Origin: Chloroflexota bacterium
Lineage (GTDB): Bacteria > Chloroflexota > Anaerolineae > Aggregatilineales > J027
Length of the DNA: 64,000 nucleotides
NCBI GenBank assembly: GCA_024434115.1
Contig: QMIT01000006.1
Span: 202,211 to 266,210 of the forward strand
Direction: 5' to 3'
Part shown: positions 1 to 9,195 of the stretch, piece by piece
Layout of the letters: every line of letters begins with the position of its first letter
How positions within the stretch are numbered: the stretch's first letter is position 1
Translations under genes and position numbers: made by a program
The notes under the pieces: model-generated
The model's database searches: none
The model's input: the letters and a program-made list of their open reading frames with translations, nothing else
What the model was told of the DNA's origin: nothing

Positions 1-138
1 CTTTCCACCATTTTGCTGACCTTTTATGGTGCCAATCCAGAAGATGCCTCAGATACCTCTCTGGCTGAGTCCAACCGCTTAGAAAAATTGCGACGATGGG
101 TCGGTCTTGTGAACCGCGAAGGGAACATCGGCCAATGA
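1..138 (+). CDS. 3' end of a CDS running off the left edge (...LEKLRRWVGLVNREGNIGQ*); function not assignable (cdaA is only a synteny guess because a YbbR/CdaR-type gene follows)
   Basis: Frame 1 is open from base 1 to TGA at 136-138. The stop overlaps the next ATG (ATGA at 135-138). Confidence 0.4.
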   Translation, partial: LSTILLTFYGANPEDASDTSLAESNRLEKLRRWVGLVNREGNIGQ

Positions 139-1481
139 ACCGCCTGCGTGCAGAACTCCTAAAACTGCCCGCGATTCAGTTTATCATCGCCAACAGTGCG
201 TGGATCGTGACCTCGGTGGTACTAGCCTTCCTCATCTGGATTATCGCCACGTTAGAGGCCAACCCGATCCAACAGCGCGACTTTGCCCAGACCATCAGCA
301 TCCGCTTTATCGAAGACCCCGATATTGTTCATATCGCCACCGCGGGTGAAATCCGTACCAGCCGTGTCACCATCCGTGCCCCGCGCAGCACGTGGGACAT
401 CCTGCAAAGCAATGATATTGAAGTTTGGGCCGATTTGCGTGGTCTCGCTCCCGGTCAATATGAAATTGAGTTGGAGGGGCGTATCAAATCCGACGGGCCA
501 CGTGGTCGGGTCATTAGCATTTCGCCAGCCACCATCTCGGTTGAAATGGTACAGGTCAAAGAACGCTATGTCGAAGTACAGCCCATCGTTGTGGTCGAAC
601 CTCCCCCCGGTTACTCCTACCCCGCCACTGCCCCGGCCAAATGTAACCCGCCAGAGGTGTTGGTAAGTGGCCCTGCGACCTTAGTAGATGTGGTGATTGC
701 CGCCCAAGCCCGTCTCAATCTACAATCCTATACCGCCTCACGCAGCATCACCCGTGCTGTCACTTTGGTAGATGAGAACAACACTGCCATTGATAACCGC
801 CTGTTGGGTCAGCTTAGTATTGAGCCTGAAAACGTCACCTGTGAGGTGGAAATTCAAGCCTTAGAAGGATTGTTAACCGTGCAACCCGTCTACACAGGAG
901 AACCCGCCGAGGGGTATCGTGTCGAAGGGTATACGGTTGAACCCGAAACCATCATCGTGCAGGGCGATACCAATATTATTAATGCGATGGGCGGCATCGT
1001 CCAAACCGAACCCATTGATATTACGGGGCAAACCGGCACTTTTAGCCGCAACGTGCAGGTCATTTTGCCGGATGGAGTACAGTTGCAATCCGAAACACAA
1101 CTGATCACCGTGACGATTGCCATCTCCCCACGTATCGGGACCGCCAACTTTGATGAAGTCCCCATCCAAATCGCCAATCTTGACCCGACCCTGACCGCGA
1201 TTATGCTGCCCGATTCTGTCAGTGTGGTCGTGATTGGGCCACAACCGCTGATTGAGACCCTAACGATTGAGGACATCAGCGTGACGATAGATTTGAGCGG
1301 TCGTGCCGCTGGCCCACAGGTGGATGTCCCTGTACAGGTACGCCTCCTCCAAGATTCGCTGGTCAATGTCGCAACCGTCACGATAGAGCCGCAAACCGTC
1401 ACAGTAACCCTTGCGCCAGTTGCCACACCCGAAATTACGCCGACCCGCGAAATTTTCGGTAAAATCGCCGTCCAACCATAA
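135..1481 (+). CDS. YbbR/CdaR-like domain protein (membrane anchored)
   Basis: N-terminal TM helix (AIQFIIANSAWIVTSVVLAFLIWIIA) followed by several repeated beta-rich ~90-aa modules typical of YbbR repeats. Start moved from track position 96 to ATG 135 because of the ATGA coupling with the upstream stop. Confidence 0.75.
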   Translation: MNRLRAELLKLPAIQFIIANSAWIVTSVVLAFLIWIIATLEANPIQQRDFAQTISIRFIEDPDIVHIATAGEIRTSRVTIRAPRSTWDILQSNDIEVWADLRGLAPGQYEIELEGRIKSDGPRGRVISISPATISVEMVQVKERYVEVQPIVVVEPPPGYSYPATAPAKCNPPEVLVSGPATLVDVVIAAQARLNLQSYTASRSITRAVTLVDENNTAIDNRLLGQLSIEPENVTCEVEIQALEGLLTVQPVYTGEPAEGYRVEGYTVEPETIIVQGDTNIINAMGGIVQTEPIDITGQTGTFSRNVQVILPDGVQLQSETQLITVTIAISPRIGTANFDEVPIQIANLDPTLTAIMLPDSVSVVVIGPQPLIETLTIEDISVTIDLSGRAAGPQVDVPVQVRLLQDSLVNVATVTIEPQTVTVTLAPVATPEITPTREIFGKIAVQP

Positions 1482-1495
1482 CCTCGGAGGGATCA

Positions 1496-1777
1496 ATGGA
1501 ATCGCAAGATATTTTGGCCTTATTGATTGTCGGGGCAGTAGCGGGAACTGCTGCGGCTGCTATCCTGCGGGGACAGGCCGCCGCTAAAAGGGCTGACTGG
1601 ATTCGTAATACGGTGATTGGGGTATTGGGGGCGCTGGTTGGTGGTTTTCTATTTGATGTTTTGAACTTGAATGATGACCTACCCAAAATTCTAAGTGGCA
1701 CCTTAACCCCGGCGGACGTCTTGGTTGCCTTTGTGGGAGCGCTCGTCGTGATTGCGGTATCCAGATTGGTGGACTAG
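1496..1777 (+). CDS. GlsB/YeaQ/YmgE (transglycosylase-associated) family small membrane protein
   Basis: 93 aa with three Gly/Ala-rich TM segments (GAVAGTAAAAIL, VIGVLGALVGGFLF, VAFVGALVVIAV). SD-like GGAGGG lies just upstream. Confidence 0.7.
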   Translation: MESQDILALLIVGAVAGTAAAAILRGQAAAKRADWIRNTVIGVLGALVGGFLFDVLNLNDDLPKILSGTLTPADVLVAFVGALVVIAVSRLVD

Positions 1778-1798
1778 GACATTCTTCCCTACACATAC

Positions 1799-2188
1799 TT
1801 AGACATGACTGGCAGGCCGGGCTAAAGCGTTTTCAAGTGCGGTGTTCAGTTCTGGATAGGTAAAAGGATGAACCAAGAGGTGCGTCTGGTCATCTTGATA
1901 CTCTTGACATTGCCGCCGCCGACTCTCGCCTTCCAAAATCAAAACAATCGGCAGTGAGCTTAAAAGTGGCATCTGGCGTATTTCCCGCAGCAGGGTCGTC
2001 CCCAACGCCGGATGCCTCCCTGAATTAATCAGTAGAACATCGGGATACAGCCGCGCCACCCGCAACAACTGCCACACTTCACCAATCGTGGCTGCAACCA
2101 CTACCTTATCAAAGCGGCGTTTAAGGACAGTCGCCAAAAAACCCGCCATATCTGGATCAGCTTCAATTACTAGGGCGATTTTTGTCAT
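1799..2188 (-). CDS. Stand-alone receiver-like (pseudo-receiver) domain protein
   Basis: CheY-like layout (KIALVIEADPD ... DVLLINSG ... PIVLILEG ... LLVHPF). The expected phospho-acceptor Asp reads Asn and the conserved Lys reads His. Confidence 0.6.
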   Translation of the reverse strand: MTKIALVIEADPDMAGFLATVLKRRFDKVVVAATIGEVWQLLRVARLYPDVLLINSGRHPALGTTLLREIRQMPLLSSLPIVLILEGESRRRQCQEYQDDQTHLLVHPFTYPELNTALENALARPASHV

Positions 2189-2244
2189 AGGTTAGGTAGA
2201 AATTCGGATTTTGGCCCCCATTATTGGGCTTTGATGAGCATAGA

Positions 2245-2266
2245 CTAAATTCAGCACGGTGGCTTT
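2245..2266 (+). repeat. Copy A (5' half only) of the dispersed CTAAATTCAGCACGG-hairpin repeat family
   Basis: CTAAATTCAGCACGGTGGCTTT matches copy B (58915-58947) at 21 of 22 positions. It abuts the stop codon of the minus-strand gene 2272..3045. Confidence 0.6.
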
Positions 2267-2271
2267 CATAG

Positions 2272-3045
2272 TCAGTCTACTTCGACACTGTAGGCCACCT
2301 CACCCTCAAATTCTTCGTTGACTAAGATAGTCGGGATGATGAGTTTGTGCAAGAGGGTAATGAGACGCGGTGAATTGGCCGGCACGACAATCGTTACCAC
2401 TACAATCTGATTGCCGAGCGGATGTAAATAGACCTCACCCAGAAATGGCGCTTGCCGGAACATCAATAGATAATCCAGCGTCAGGGTATCCCCTGAATTT
2501 TCACTCTTGACCTCTTTAAACGAATCATACGCGCTCCAAATTTCCGCCAGTGCCTCTTCATTAAACCAATCCCGTGCCGCGTCGGTGCTGCTGCCTCCAG
2601 ACCATTCCACCACACCGATCTCCACAAAACTTGCCAGCAGGATATTGCTGTAGACCACATACGCTTCCTCAACCACTCCGCGCTGTTGGCGATCCCACCC
2701 CGGCAAATCCCCCATACTAAAGACCCCGGTGCCGTGTACATAGCGACTGCCAATCCGCCACTCCCGTACAATCCCTTCCATCTGGTCATCGGTGATCGGC
2801 GGCGGCAGTGTCACCCGTGCATCCGGCGTTCCGGTAGGGGCGATGGTAGGAAAAGGCGTATAGGTCGGGTATGGGGTGTAGGTGGGATAAAGGGTATAGG
2901 TTGGATAGGGCGTATAGGTGGGTGGAGACTGAATTGCCCGCGCTGGCAACGAGAGACCGCCCATGATCGAAAGTACCAAAAAACCTATTCCGGCCCAAAT
3001 TCGAGTGCGTTTGGGGGTCAACATGGGTGGCAATCCTCTCGACAA
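2272..3045 (-). CDS. Secreted hypothetical protein with tandem P-T-Y-T repeats
   Basis: N-terminal signal/TM segment (IWAGIGFLVLSIMGGLSLPARA), then PPTYTPYPTYTLYPTYTPYPTYTPFPT, then a ~170-aa globular C-terminal part. No recognisable family. Confidence 0.6.
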   Translation of the reverse strand: MSRGLPPMLTPKRTRIWAGIGFLVLSIMGGLSLPARAIQSPPTYTPYPTYTLYPTYTPYPTYTPFPTIAPTGTPDARVTLPPPITDDQMEGIVREWRIGSRYVHGTGVFSMGDLPGWDRQQRGVVEEAYVVYSNILLASFVEIGVVEWSGGSSTDAARDWFNEEALAEIWSAYDSFKEVKSENSGDTLTLDYLLMFRQAPFLGEVYLHPLGNQIVVVTIVVPANSPRLITLLHKLIIPTILVNEEFEGEVAYSVEVD

Positions 3046-3170
3046 ACAGATGTCCTCATCCCATCAAAGTATAGCCGAGCAGCGTCCAAAATCTACAAGA
3101 ATCTATTGTAGAGAGTGGAGGAGGCGAGTATATTCAGAGGGTGCAATTACACTTTCATACTTAGGAGTAG

Positions 3171-4277
3171 ATGATGGCAGACCCTCGCACCCAAAAATTG
3201 GCGGATATTTTGGTAAATTACTCGATTGGTGTACAACCCGGCAATTGGGTTCTGATCAATGGGGATGTGAACGGCTTACCGCTGGTGAATGCCGTCGTGG
3301 AACAAGTATTGCGGGCAGGTGGCAACCCAACCATATTCTTGGGTAGCGACGATATTCAAGAAATTATCCTGCGTGAAGCCAACGAAGATCAACTGCAATG
3401 GATTGCGCCCATTGAAAAACCCATGATGGAACAAATTGATGCCATGATCGCGGTACGGGCCAGCAGCAACACACGTGGCCTGACCGGAGTTGACCCTTCC
3501 AAGCAACGCATCCGCCAAAATTCCCGCCGCGAATTGATGCAGACCTATATGCAGCGCAGCGCCGAGGGCAGTTTGCGGTGGACAGTCACGCAATATCCCT
3601 GCCCCGCCTATGCTCAAGATGCCGATATGAGCCTCAGCGACTATGAGGATTTTGTTTATAAGGCGACCTTTGCCGACCAACCCGACCCTATTCAATGCTG
3701 GTCAGAACTACGCACTAATCAAGCGCGTTTGGTGGATTGGCTGCGTGGCAAAAAACAAATGGTGGCACGCGGGCCGAGTATTGATCTGACTGTCTCGATT
3801 GACGGGCGCACGTTCATCAATTGTCATGGCGATGCCAACATGCCCGACGGCGAAATTTTTACTGGCCCGGTTGAAAACTCGGTCAATGGCTGGGTGAAAT
3901 TTAGCTATCCCGCCGTAAAAAATGGACGCGAAGTCGAAGGGGTCGAGTTCTATTTTGAAAATGGCAAGGTGGTGAAGGCCACCGCCAAGAAAAATGAGGA
4001 TTATCTGATTAGTCAGCTAGACAGCGACGAAGGGTCACGCTATTTGGGCGAATTTGCCATCGGTACAAACTATGGTATTCAACGGTTTACCAAGAGCATC
4101 CTCTTTGACGAAAAAATCGGTGGAACCCTGCATATGGCGGTTGGTGCAGGTTATCCCGAAAGTGGCAGCCTCAATCGGTCTAGCATCCATTGGGATTTTA
4201 TTTGTGATATGCGCCACGAGAGCGAGATTTTGGTAGATGGCGAACTGTTTTATAAAGATGGACAATTCCAAGTCTAG
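3171..4277 (+). CDS. Aminopeptidase, M29 (AmpS/PepS, thermophilic metalloprotease) family
   Basis: 368 aa. N-terminus (LADILVNYSIGVQPGNWVLING) and C-terminal EFAIGTN...GGTLHMAVG...HWDF motifs are typical of M29 aminopeptidases. AGGAG SD upstream. Confidence 0.8.
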   Translation: MMADPRTQKLADILVNYSIGVQPGNWVLINGDVNGLPLVNAVVEQVLRAGGNPTIFLGSDDIQEIILREANEDQLQWIAPIEKPMMEQIDAMIAVRASSNTRGLTGVDPSKQRIRQNSRRELMQTYMQRSAEGSLRWTVTQYPCPAYAQDADMSLSDYEDFVYKATFADQPDPIQCWSELRTNQARLVDWLRGKKQMVARGPSIDLTVSIDGRTFINCHGDANMPDGEIFTGPVENSVNGWVKFSYPAVKNGREVEGVEFYFENGKVVKATAKKNEDYLISQLDSDEGSRYLGEFAIGTNYGIQRFTKSILFDEKIGGTLHMAVGAGYPESGSLNRSSIHWDFICDMRHESEILVDGELFYKDGQFQV

Positions 4278-4456
4278 CATTTAAATTTAAGCAGTTCTGA
4301 TATACCCTACAACACAGCATTCGCCGCTGCAATTTATACCCCTTTGGTATGAAGTTTGCGCGATTGGTTGTATTCAGTGTTTTGTAGAAACTTTGTTTGC
4401 AATTTCACAAGTCTTACGCTACGCTTTTGGGATGTCCAAGCAAAGGCAAAGCAGGC

Positions 4457-6166
4457 ATGTCATTGATTAGTAACTCAGCCCTTACCTCTAGATTTCGGGC
4501 GATGAAATTGCCCATGCCTTCGGTTCCGCTGCGAACTTTATTTGACCAGAATATCTTGCCAAATGGGGCGTTTCTGGTCAGTGGCAGTGATGAAACGCGG
4601 GTCAACTGGGCACGATTGGTCGCCCCTGAACCAGCCTCCCTGAATAGCGCCGCTGAGGGTGAATTTATCATCGTCCCCCTCGGAACATCTGAAAATCGTA
4701 AAGATGCTGACCGCGACATGACATGGATTATCAGCAAACTGGCCGAAACGCGGGTACGGGTCTTGTGTATTCAAGGGGTTGTCAGTGTCCTCGCATTTGA
4801 AGCCGCTGCCCGTTATCAGATGGCCGTCATTTATCTGCCAGAAGACGCCTCAGCGGAAAAGGTCGAACGCGGCATTATTCGTTTCTTGATGGAACGCCAG
4901 AGCATTCTCGAACAGCGCGACCAAGAACTCCAACAGGAATTGACGCGGCATGTCACTAGCAATCACGGCCTGCCGCAGGTGGTCAAAACCCTCGCCAACA
5001 TTACCCGCCTGCCAGTGTTCCTGCACGACGCCCGACGGCTGCGTCTGGTTTATGGTCTACCCGATGGCGAGTCGGAAAAATTGCTGCAATGGCATCAGCA
5101 CTATATGATGCTGCAAGACAGCGGATTGGTGGCCCATTTTGCCGATAATGCCCGTCCCACCCGTATGGATAGCTCCATTTTGGAAAGTGCCCAGAGCCTG
5201 AGCATCGCCCTGCACGCCGATAATGAAGTGATCGGTTATCTGACAGCGCTTAAGACCCGTACCGAGACGGATGAGTTCACCCACATTACGCTGAATCGTG
5301 GGGCGATTGTGTGCGGATTGCTGCTGTCGAAACTGCGGGCGAATGAAGCCACCGAAAAACGCTCCCGCAGCGATTGGATTTCATCGTGGCTAGAAGGTTA
5401 TTCCGCCGACGACCATATGATTTTGGCCCGTGCCGAGCAAACCGGTTACAGTGCCGAGCAGGTCTATGTGATTGTGGTCATGCGCTGGACTCCGGGGCGA
5501 AATCCCAAACGCCCACCGAAACCGATTCGGCCCGAACAATTGACCGAGCATGTCAAACATGAGGTCAGTATGCGCCGCATTTCCGCCATTGTGGGCCAAC
5601 ATGCAGATCGCACCATTTTGTTCCTCCCATTGGAACGTGCCCAACACACCGGACGTATGAAACAGTATGCCAAGAGCATCTGCGAAAAAATGTCGGAAAC
5701 GTTGGGGGGCAATGTCGTGTGTGGTGTGGGACGACCCGGCTTGGGCCTGACCGAAATCCGCCGCTCATTTGATGAGGCCGAACGCGCCCTGACCTTGACC
5801 GAGCAAATCTGGGATGGGACACGTTCCAGCTTTTTTGGCGATTTAAGTCTAAGCAAGCTGCTGCTGAATGTACAAGACCATCGCCATTTGCAGGGCTTCT
5901 GCCAAGATTGGCTGTCTGATATTTTGTCGTATGATGCCCAAAATCACAGTGATTTGCTGCTCACCATGTCGGTCTATTTCGGCAATAATGGCAACATGGC
6001 AGCCACCGCCAAACAGTTAAATGTGCATCGCAATACGCTGGTCTATCGGCTCAACCGCATTGCTGAAATCACCCAACTCGATATGGACGATGCCGACGTG
6101 CAGTTGAATTTGCATCTCGCCATCAAAGCCTATCAATTACTCGAAGCCCTCAATTTGCAAGAATAG
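4457..6166 (+). CDS. PucR/CdaR-family transcriptional regulator
   Basis: C-terminal PucR-type HTH (NMAATAKQLNVHRNTLVYRLNRIAEITQLD). The track ORF starts at TTG 4397; I prefer ATG 4457, but the start is uncertain. Confidence 0.75.
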   Translation: MSLISNSALTSRFRAMKLPMPSVPLRTLFDQNILPNGAFLVSGSDETRVNWARLVAPEPASLNSAAEGEFIIVPLGTSENRKDADRDMTWIISKLAETRVRVLCIQGVVSVLAFEAAARYQMAVIYLPEDASAEKVERGIIRFLMERQSILEQRDQELQQELTRHVTSNHGLPQVVKTLANITRLPVFLHDARRLRLVYGLPDGESEKLLQWHQHYMMLQDSGLVAHFADNARPTRMDSSILESAQSLSIALHADNEVIGYLTALKTRTETDEFTHITLNRGAIVCGLLLSKLRANEATEKRSRSDWISSWLEGYSADDHMILARAEQTGYSAEQVYVIVVMRWTPGRNPKRPPKPIRPEQLTEHVKHEVSMRRISAIVGQHADRTILFLPLERAQHTGRMKQYAKSICEKMSETLGGNVVCGVGRPGLGLTEIRRSFDEAERALTLTEQIWDGTRSSFFGDLSLSKLLLNVQDHRHLQGFCQDWLSDILSYDAQNHSDLLLTMSVYFGNNGNMAATAKQLNVHRNTLVYRLNRIAEITQLDMDDADVQLNLHLAIKAYQLLEALNLQE

Positions 6167-6210
6167 CCTCCGCCGATTCGCCGCCAAGCATTAAGATCAA
6201 ATATACTGCT

Positions 6211-6250
6211 CAACCATAAAAGCGTAACAACTGTTACGGATTTATGGTTG
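6211..6250 (+). terminator. Strong 40-nt hairpin downstream of the PucR-family gene (putative terminator, no U-tract)
   Basis: CAACCATAAA-AG-CGTAAC-aact-GTTACG-GA-TTTATGGTTG: 10 + 6 bp stem with a 2x2 internal loop, 45 nt after the stop. Confidence 0.45.
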
Positions 6251-6270
6251 AGAGTCGTAGCACAAATGAG

Positions 6271-6293
6271 CTAAATTCAAGGCGGCAAATGCC
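6271..6293 (+). repeat. Copy E (degenerate) of the CTAAATTCAGCACGG-hairpin repeat family
   Basis: CTAAATTCAAGGCGGCAAATGCC keeps the 5' tail and an inner GGC-AAAT-GCC hairpin. The outer stem is lost. Confidence 0.4.
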
Positions 6294-6487
6294 ATCTAAG
6301 CACTCAGAAATGATGCTAAAAATCACTGCCTGCGTACTGATTGAGGCGTAAAATCATTCAGTAGCTTAGGAGGTTGTTTATCATGAGGTTGCTGCCCCAC
6401 CGCAGCCTTCACTGTATTGTCACCCCTGTTGGCCTCTTACTTTGCTGCCCCGTCTTAAGCCACCGTAAAACGTAAAGGAGTATTCTG

Positions 6488-7312
6488 ATGAGACACATTC
6501 GGCGTTTATTGCTCATTGCGGCTCTATTGTATACGTTTGGATTTGAGCTAGGGTCGGTGTATGGCACCCCTCCCACTACCCACGTTTTTACCGGCTCAGT
6601 ATCAAGTGGCCCAAGCCCAAGCGGGTCGCCTTCGCAAACCTATACGATTCTGGTTGAGGCAGGTGATCTTTTGGATGTCACTCTCGATTACACTGGCACG
6701 ATTGGGTGTGGGATTACGCTGCTTGAGATTGAAATTGACGGCACAACTTATCCTATCCCCTACTCAGGATTTTTATTTTCAGGCACAACCCACTACACCG
6801 CCCAAGCGACAGCAACAGGCAATCTGCCCATTATCGTGCGGATTGGGTGCGCTCACAGCCCTACTCCATCTGGCAACACCATGAGTTATACACTGACGGT
6901 TGGGATTAACATCGCAACGCCCCCCATAACCCCAAGCAATCCATTTACTACAGAGGAAGCAGCGGGATTGTGGCGAGTCAATCGTGTGGCGACCATGCCT
7001 GTTGTCATCTATACCCCCACCTTTGCAGCAGCACGTGATGGCAACCTATTTATTGAGATTTGGGCGCTGAATGAAAATGCGATTTGGCAACCTGCCCTTT
7101 ATATAACAGAAGCAGAATTGACGGCACTGCCCGAATTTCCTTCCGAAAATGTTCTGATTGCTCATGTAGAGAACATCAGCGTATACAAACTCACCACAGG
7201 TGAATATCAAGTCAATGTCGGGCCGCTAAAAGATGGCAAAGTGCATGTGGTTATTTTTGAGGGGATTCCGCCCGCACATACCTATGGCTACACATTTTAT
7301 GCCACCCCTTGA
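6488..7312 (+). CDS. Secreted hypothetical protein
   Basis: Signal-like N-terminus (RRLLLIAALLYTFGF), Ser/Pro-rich segment, beta-rich body. AAGGAG SD 7 nt upstream of the ATG. Confidence 0.6.
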   Translation: MRHIRRLLLIAALLYTFGFELGSVYGTPPTTHVFTGSVSSGPSPSGSPSQTYTILVEAGDLLDVTLDYTGTIGCGITLLEIEIDGTTYPIPYSGFLFSGTTHYTAQATATGNLPIIVRIGCAHSPTPSGNTMSYTLTVGINIATPPITPSNPFTTEEAAGLWRVNRVATMPVVIYTPTFAAARDGNLFIEIWALNENAIWQPALYITEAELTALPEFPSENVLIAHVENISVYKLTTGEYQVNVGPLKDGKVHVVIFEGIPPAHTYGYTFYATP

Positions 7313-7331
7313 TTGGCACGGGCAAGTATTT

Positions 7332-7369
7332 GAAAGGGAAAGATGCCTGAATTAAAGGCGTTCCCTTTC
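7332..7369 (+). terminator. Hairpin after 6488..7312 (putative terminator)
   Basis: GAAAGGGAA (7332-7340) pairs with TTCCCTTTC (7361-7369). An inner GCCT/AGGC stem sits within the loop. It starts 20 nt after the stop; the U-tract is weak (CTTATT). Confidence 0.45.
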
Positions 7370-7737
7370 CTTATTGGGATGGATTAGGGGATGGGGATAA
7401 GATTACAACCTATTCACGAGACAAAGCAATAATCCACGCGCTCAATTTAAGTGTCAATAACCGTTCAGCTTCTAATGACTGCAACTCTGCGACAGCATAC
7501 TCTCGATTATTTGAATAACCATTCCAACACTCCAATCCATACGGCGTGATTTTGCCTTCATAAGTTGCCAAAGCGGGTTGAGAATCCACTTTGAATTCAC
7601 CGCATTAGATTTACAAAAAATGGCTGGCAACTTGCCACGAGAAATCGTTTGGCTAGATGTTGAGTGGTGTGTTAAACTTCCGTCGCAAATTGGTTGGTAG
7701 AGGATTAAATTCGGTTAAGTCAATTTTTTGAATAAGT

Positions 7738-7766
7738 TTGACAGTTATTCTTACGGATGTTAAACT
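7738..7766 (+). promoter_or_regulatory. Putative sigma-70-type promoter for the nuo operon (P2)
   Basis: TTGACA (7738-7743), 17-nt spacer, extended -10 TGtTAAACT (7758-7766). This is ~55 nt upstream of the nuoA GTG, with GGAG at 7812-7815 as SD. Confidence 0.5.
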
Positions 7767-7821
7767 TCTCACCACTCAATTGTGCTAAATTGAACAATCG
7801 CAATCATGTTCGGAGACGACA

Positions 7822-8178
7822 GTGTTATCTGATTACGCTCCCATCCTGCCCCTATTTTTGTTGGCGACTGGTGTCGGCATTTTGATCATTTTCCTTTCCC
7901 GCATCTTTGGCCCCTACAATCCCGAACCGCGCAAACAAGCGGTCTATGAAAGCGGGATGCGGCCCATCGGCGGCGGGATGCGAAAAGTACCGATTAAATT
8001 TTATCGGGTGGGCATGTTATTCATTTTGTTCGATATTGAAGTGATCTTTTTCCTGCCTTGGGCAGTGATTTTCCGCGATTTAGGACTCTATGGTTTATTG
8101 GTGATGGGTGTCTTTTTCTTCATCTTGACCGTCGGTTTTGCGTATGAATGGTTAATTGGAGGTCTCGAATGGGAGTAA
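7822..8178 (+). CDS. nuoA: NADH-quinone oxidoreductase subunit A
   Basis: 118 aa, three TM segments, conserved YESGM...FDIE motif, first gene of a syntenic nuoA-N set. GTG start. Confidence 0.9.
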   Translation: MLSDYAPILPLFLLATGVGILIIFLSRIFGPYNPEPRKQAVYESGMRPIGGGMRKVPIKFYRVGMLFILFDIEVIFFLPWAVIFRDLGLYGLLVMGVFFFILTVGFAYEWLIGGLEWE

Positions 8179-8657
8179 GCAGCAAACTTGGCAATCTAGG
8201 CGTCGTCACTACCAAGTTGGAAGACGCTGTGAATTGGGGCCGCACCCGTGCGATGTGGCCGATGTTGTTTGGTCTGGCGTGCTGCGCCATTGAAATGATG
8301 AGTACCCAAGCGCCCTATTATGATGCGTCGCGCTTCGGGATGGAACTGATGCGGGCCAGCCCACGCCAAGCCGATTTGATGATTGTCGCCGGACGGGTTA
8401 GCCGCAAGATGGCCCCCGTGCTGCGTCAACTGTACGACCAGATGCCCGAACCCAAGTGGGTGCTGGCGATGGGCGACTGTGCCTCCTGCGGCGGGGTCTT
8501 CAACAACTATGCGATTGTGCAAGGTGTGGACGAAATTGTACCAGTAGATGTGTATGTTGCGGGCTGCCCACCGCGCCCCGAACAACTCATTCATGGCTTC
8601 ATGACCTTGCACGAAAAAGTCAAGGAAATGAAGTGGTACGAATGGGCAGGGAAATAA
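8169..8657 (+). CDS. nuoB: NADH-quinone oxidoreductase subunit B
   Basis: N2-cluster Cys motifs ([25 protein letters not shown]). ATG 8169 has a GGAGG SD and overlaps the nuoA end. Confidence 0.93.
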   Translation: MGVSSKLGNLGVVTTKLEDAVNWGRTRAMWPMLFGLACCAIEMMSTQAPYYDASRFGMELMRASPRQADLMIVAGRVSRKMAPVLRQLYDQMPEPKWVLAMGDCASCGGVFNNYAIVQGVDEIVPVDVYVAGCPPRPEQLIHGFMTLHEKVKEMKWYEWAGK

Positions 8658-8661
8658 CACC

Positions 8662-9183
8662 ATGTCACACCCCCTTGACCCCAAACAAACCCTGATAGAT
8701 ACCTTTGGTGATGCGGTTGAAGGTTCAGAAGAATTTCGCGGCGAACTGACCGTGATTGTCAAAGCCGAGAAAATCATCGAGGTTGCCCAACATCTGCGTG
8801 ATGCTGACGGACTGAAATATAACCTGCTGTCCGATATTACGGTAGTAGATTATTACCCTGCCGAGCCACGTTTTGGCGTGTGTTATCACCTCTATTCAAT
8901 GGCGTTTAACCGCCGTCTGCGTCTCAAAGTGCTGTGGAGTGACGGGGATGCCCCGGTTCCCTCGATGACCCAACTCTGGCCGAGTGCAAATTGGGAAGAG
9001 CGTGAAGCCTATGACATGATGGGCATCGTGTTTTCCGGTCATCCCGACATGCGCCGCATCTTTATGCCGGATGATTGGCAAGGCTATCCACAGCGCAAAG
9101 ATTACCCGCTGGGATACGAAACGGTGCAGTTCTCGTTCAACTATGATGAAATTGCCAAACACAAGCCGTTTGCAAAGAAATAG
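8662..9183 (+). CDS. nuoC: NADH-quinone oxidoreductase subunit C
   Basis: 30-kDa subunit motifs (WPSANWEEREAYDMMGIVFSGHPD). Position between nuoB and nuoD. Confidence 0.9.
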   Translation: MSHPLDPKQTLIDTFGDAVEGSEEFRGELTVIVKAEKIIEVAQHLRDADGLKYNLLSDITVVDYYPAEPRFGVCYHLYSMAFNRRLRLKVLWSDGDAPVPSMTQLWPSANWEEREAYDMMGIVFSGHPDMRRIFMPDDWQGYPQRKDYPLGYETVQFSFNYDEIAKHKPFAKK

Positions 9184-9195
9184 GCAGGTAGTGAA

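Noticed and set aside
7585-7600. Palindrome TTTGAATTCA near the nuo upstream region, considered as a Rex (redox repressor) box
   Set aside because: The Rex consensus TTGTGAA-N4-6-TTCACAA is not matched beyond the TGAATTCA core. The element is too short and has the wrong half-site spacing.
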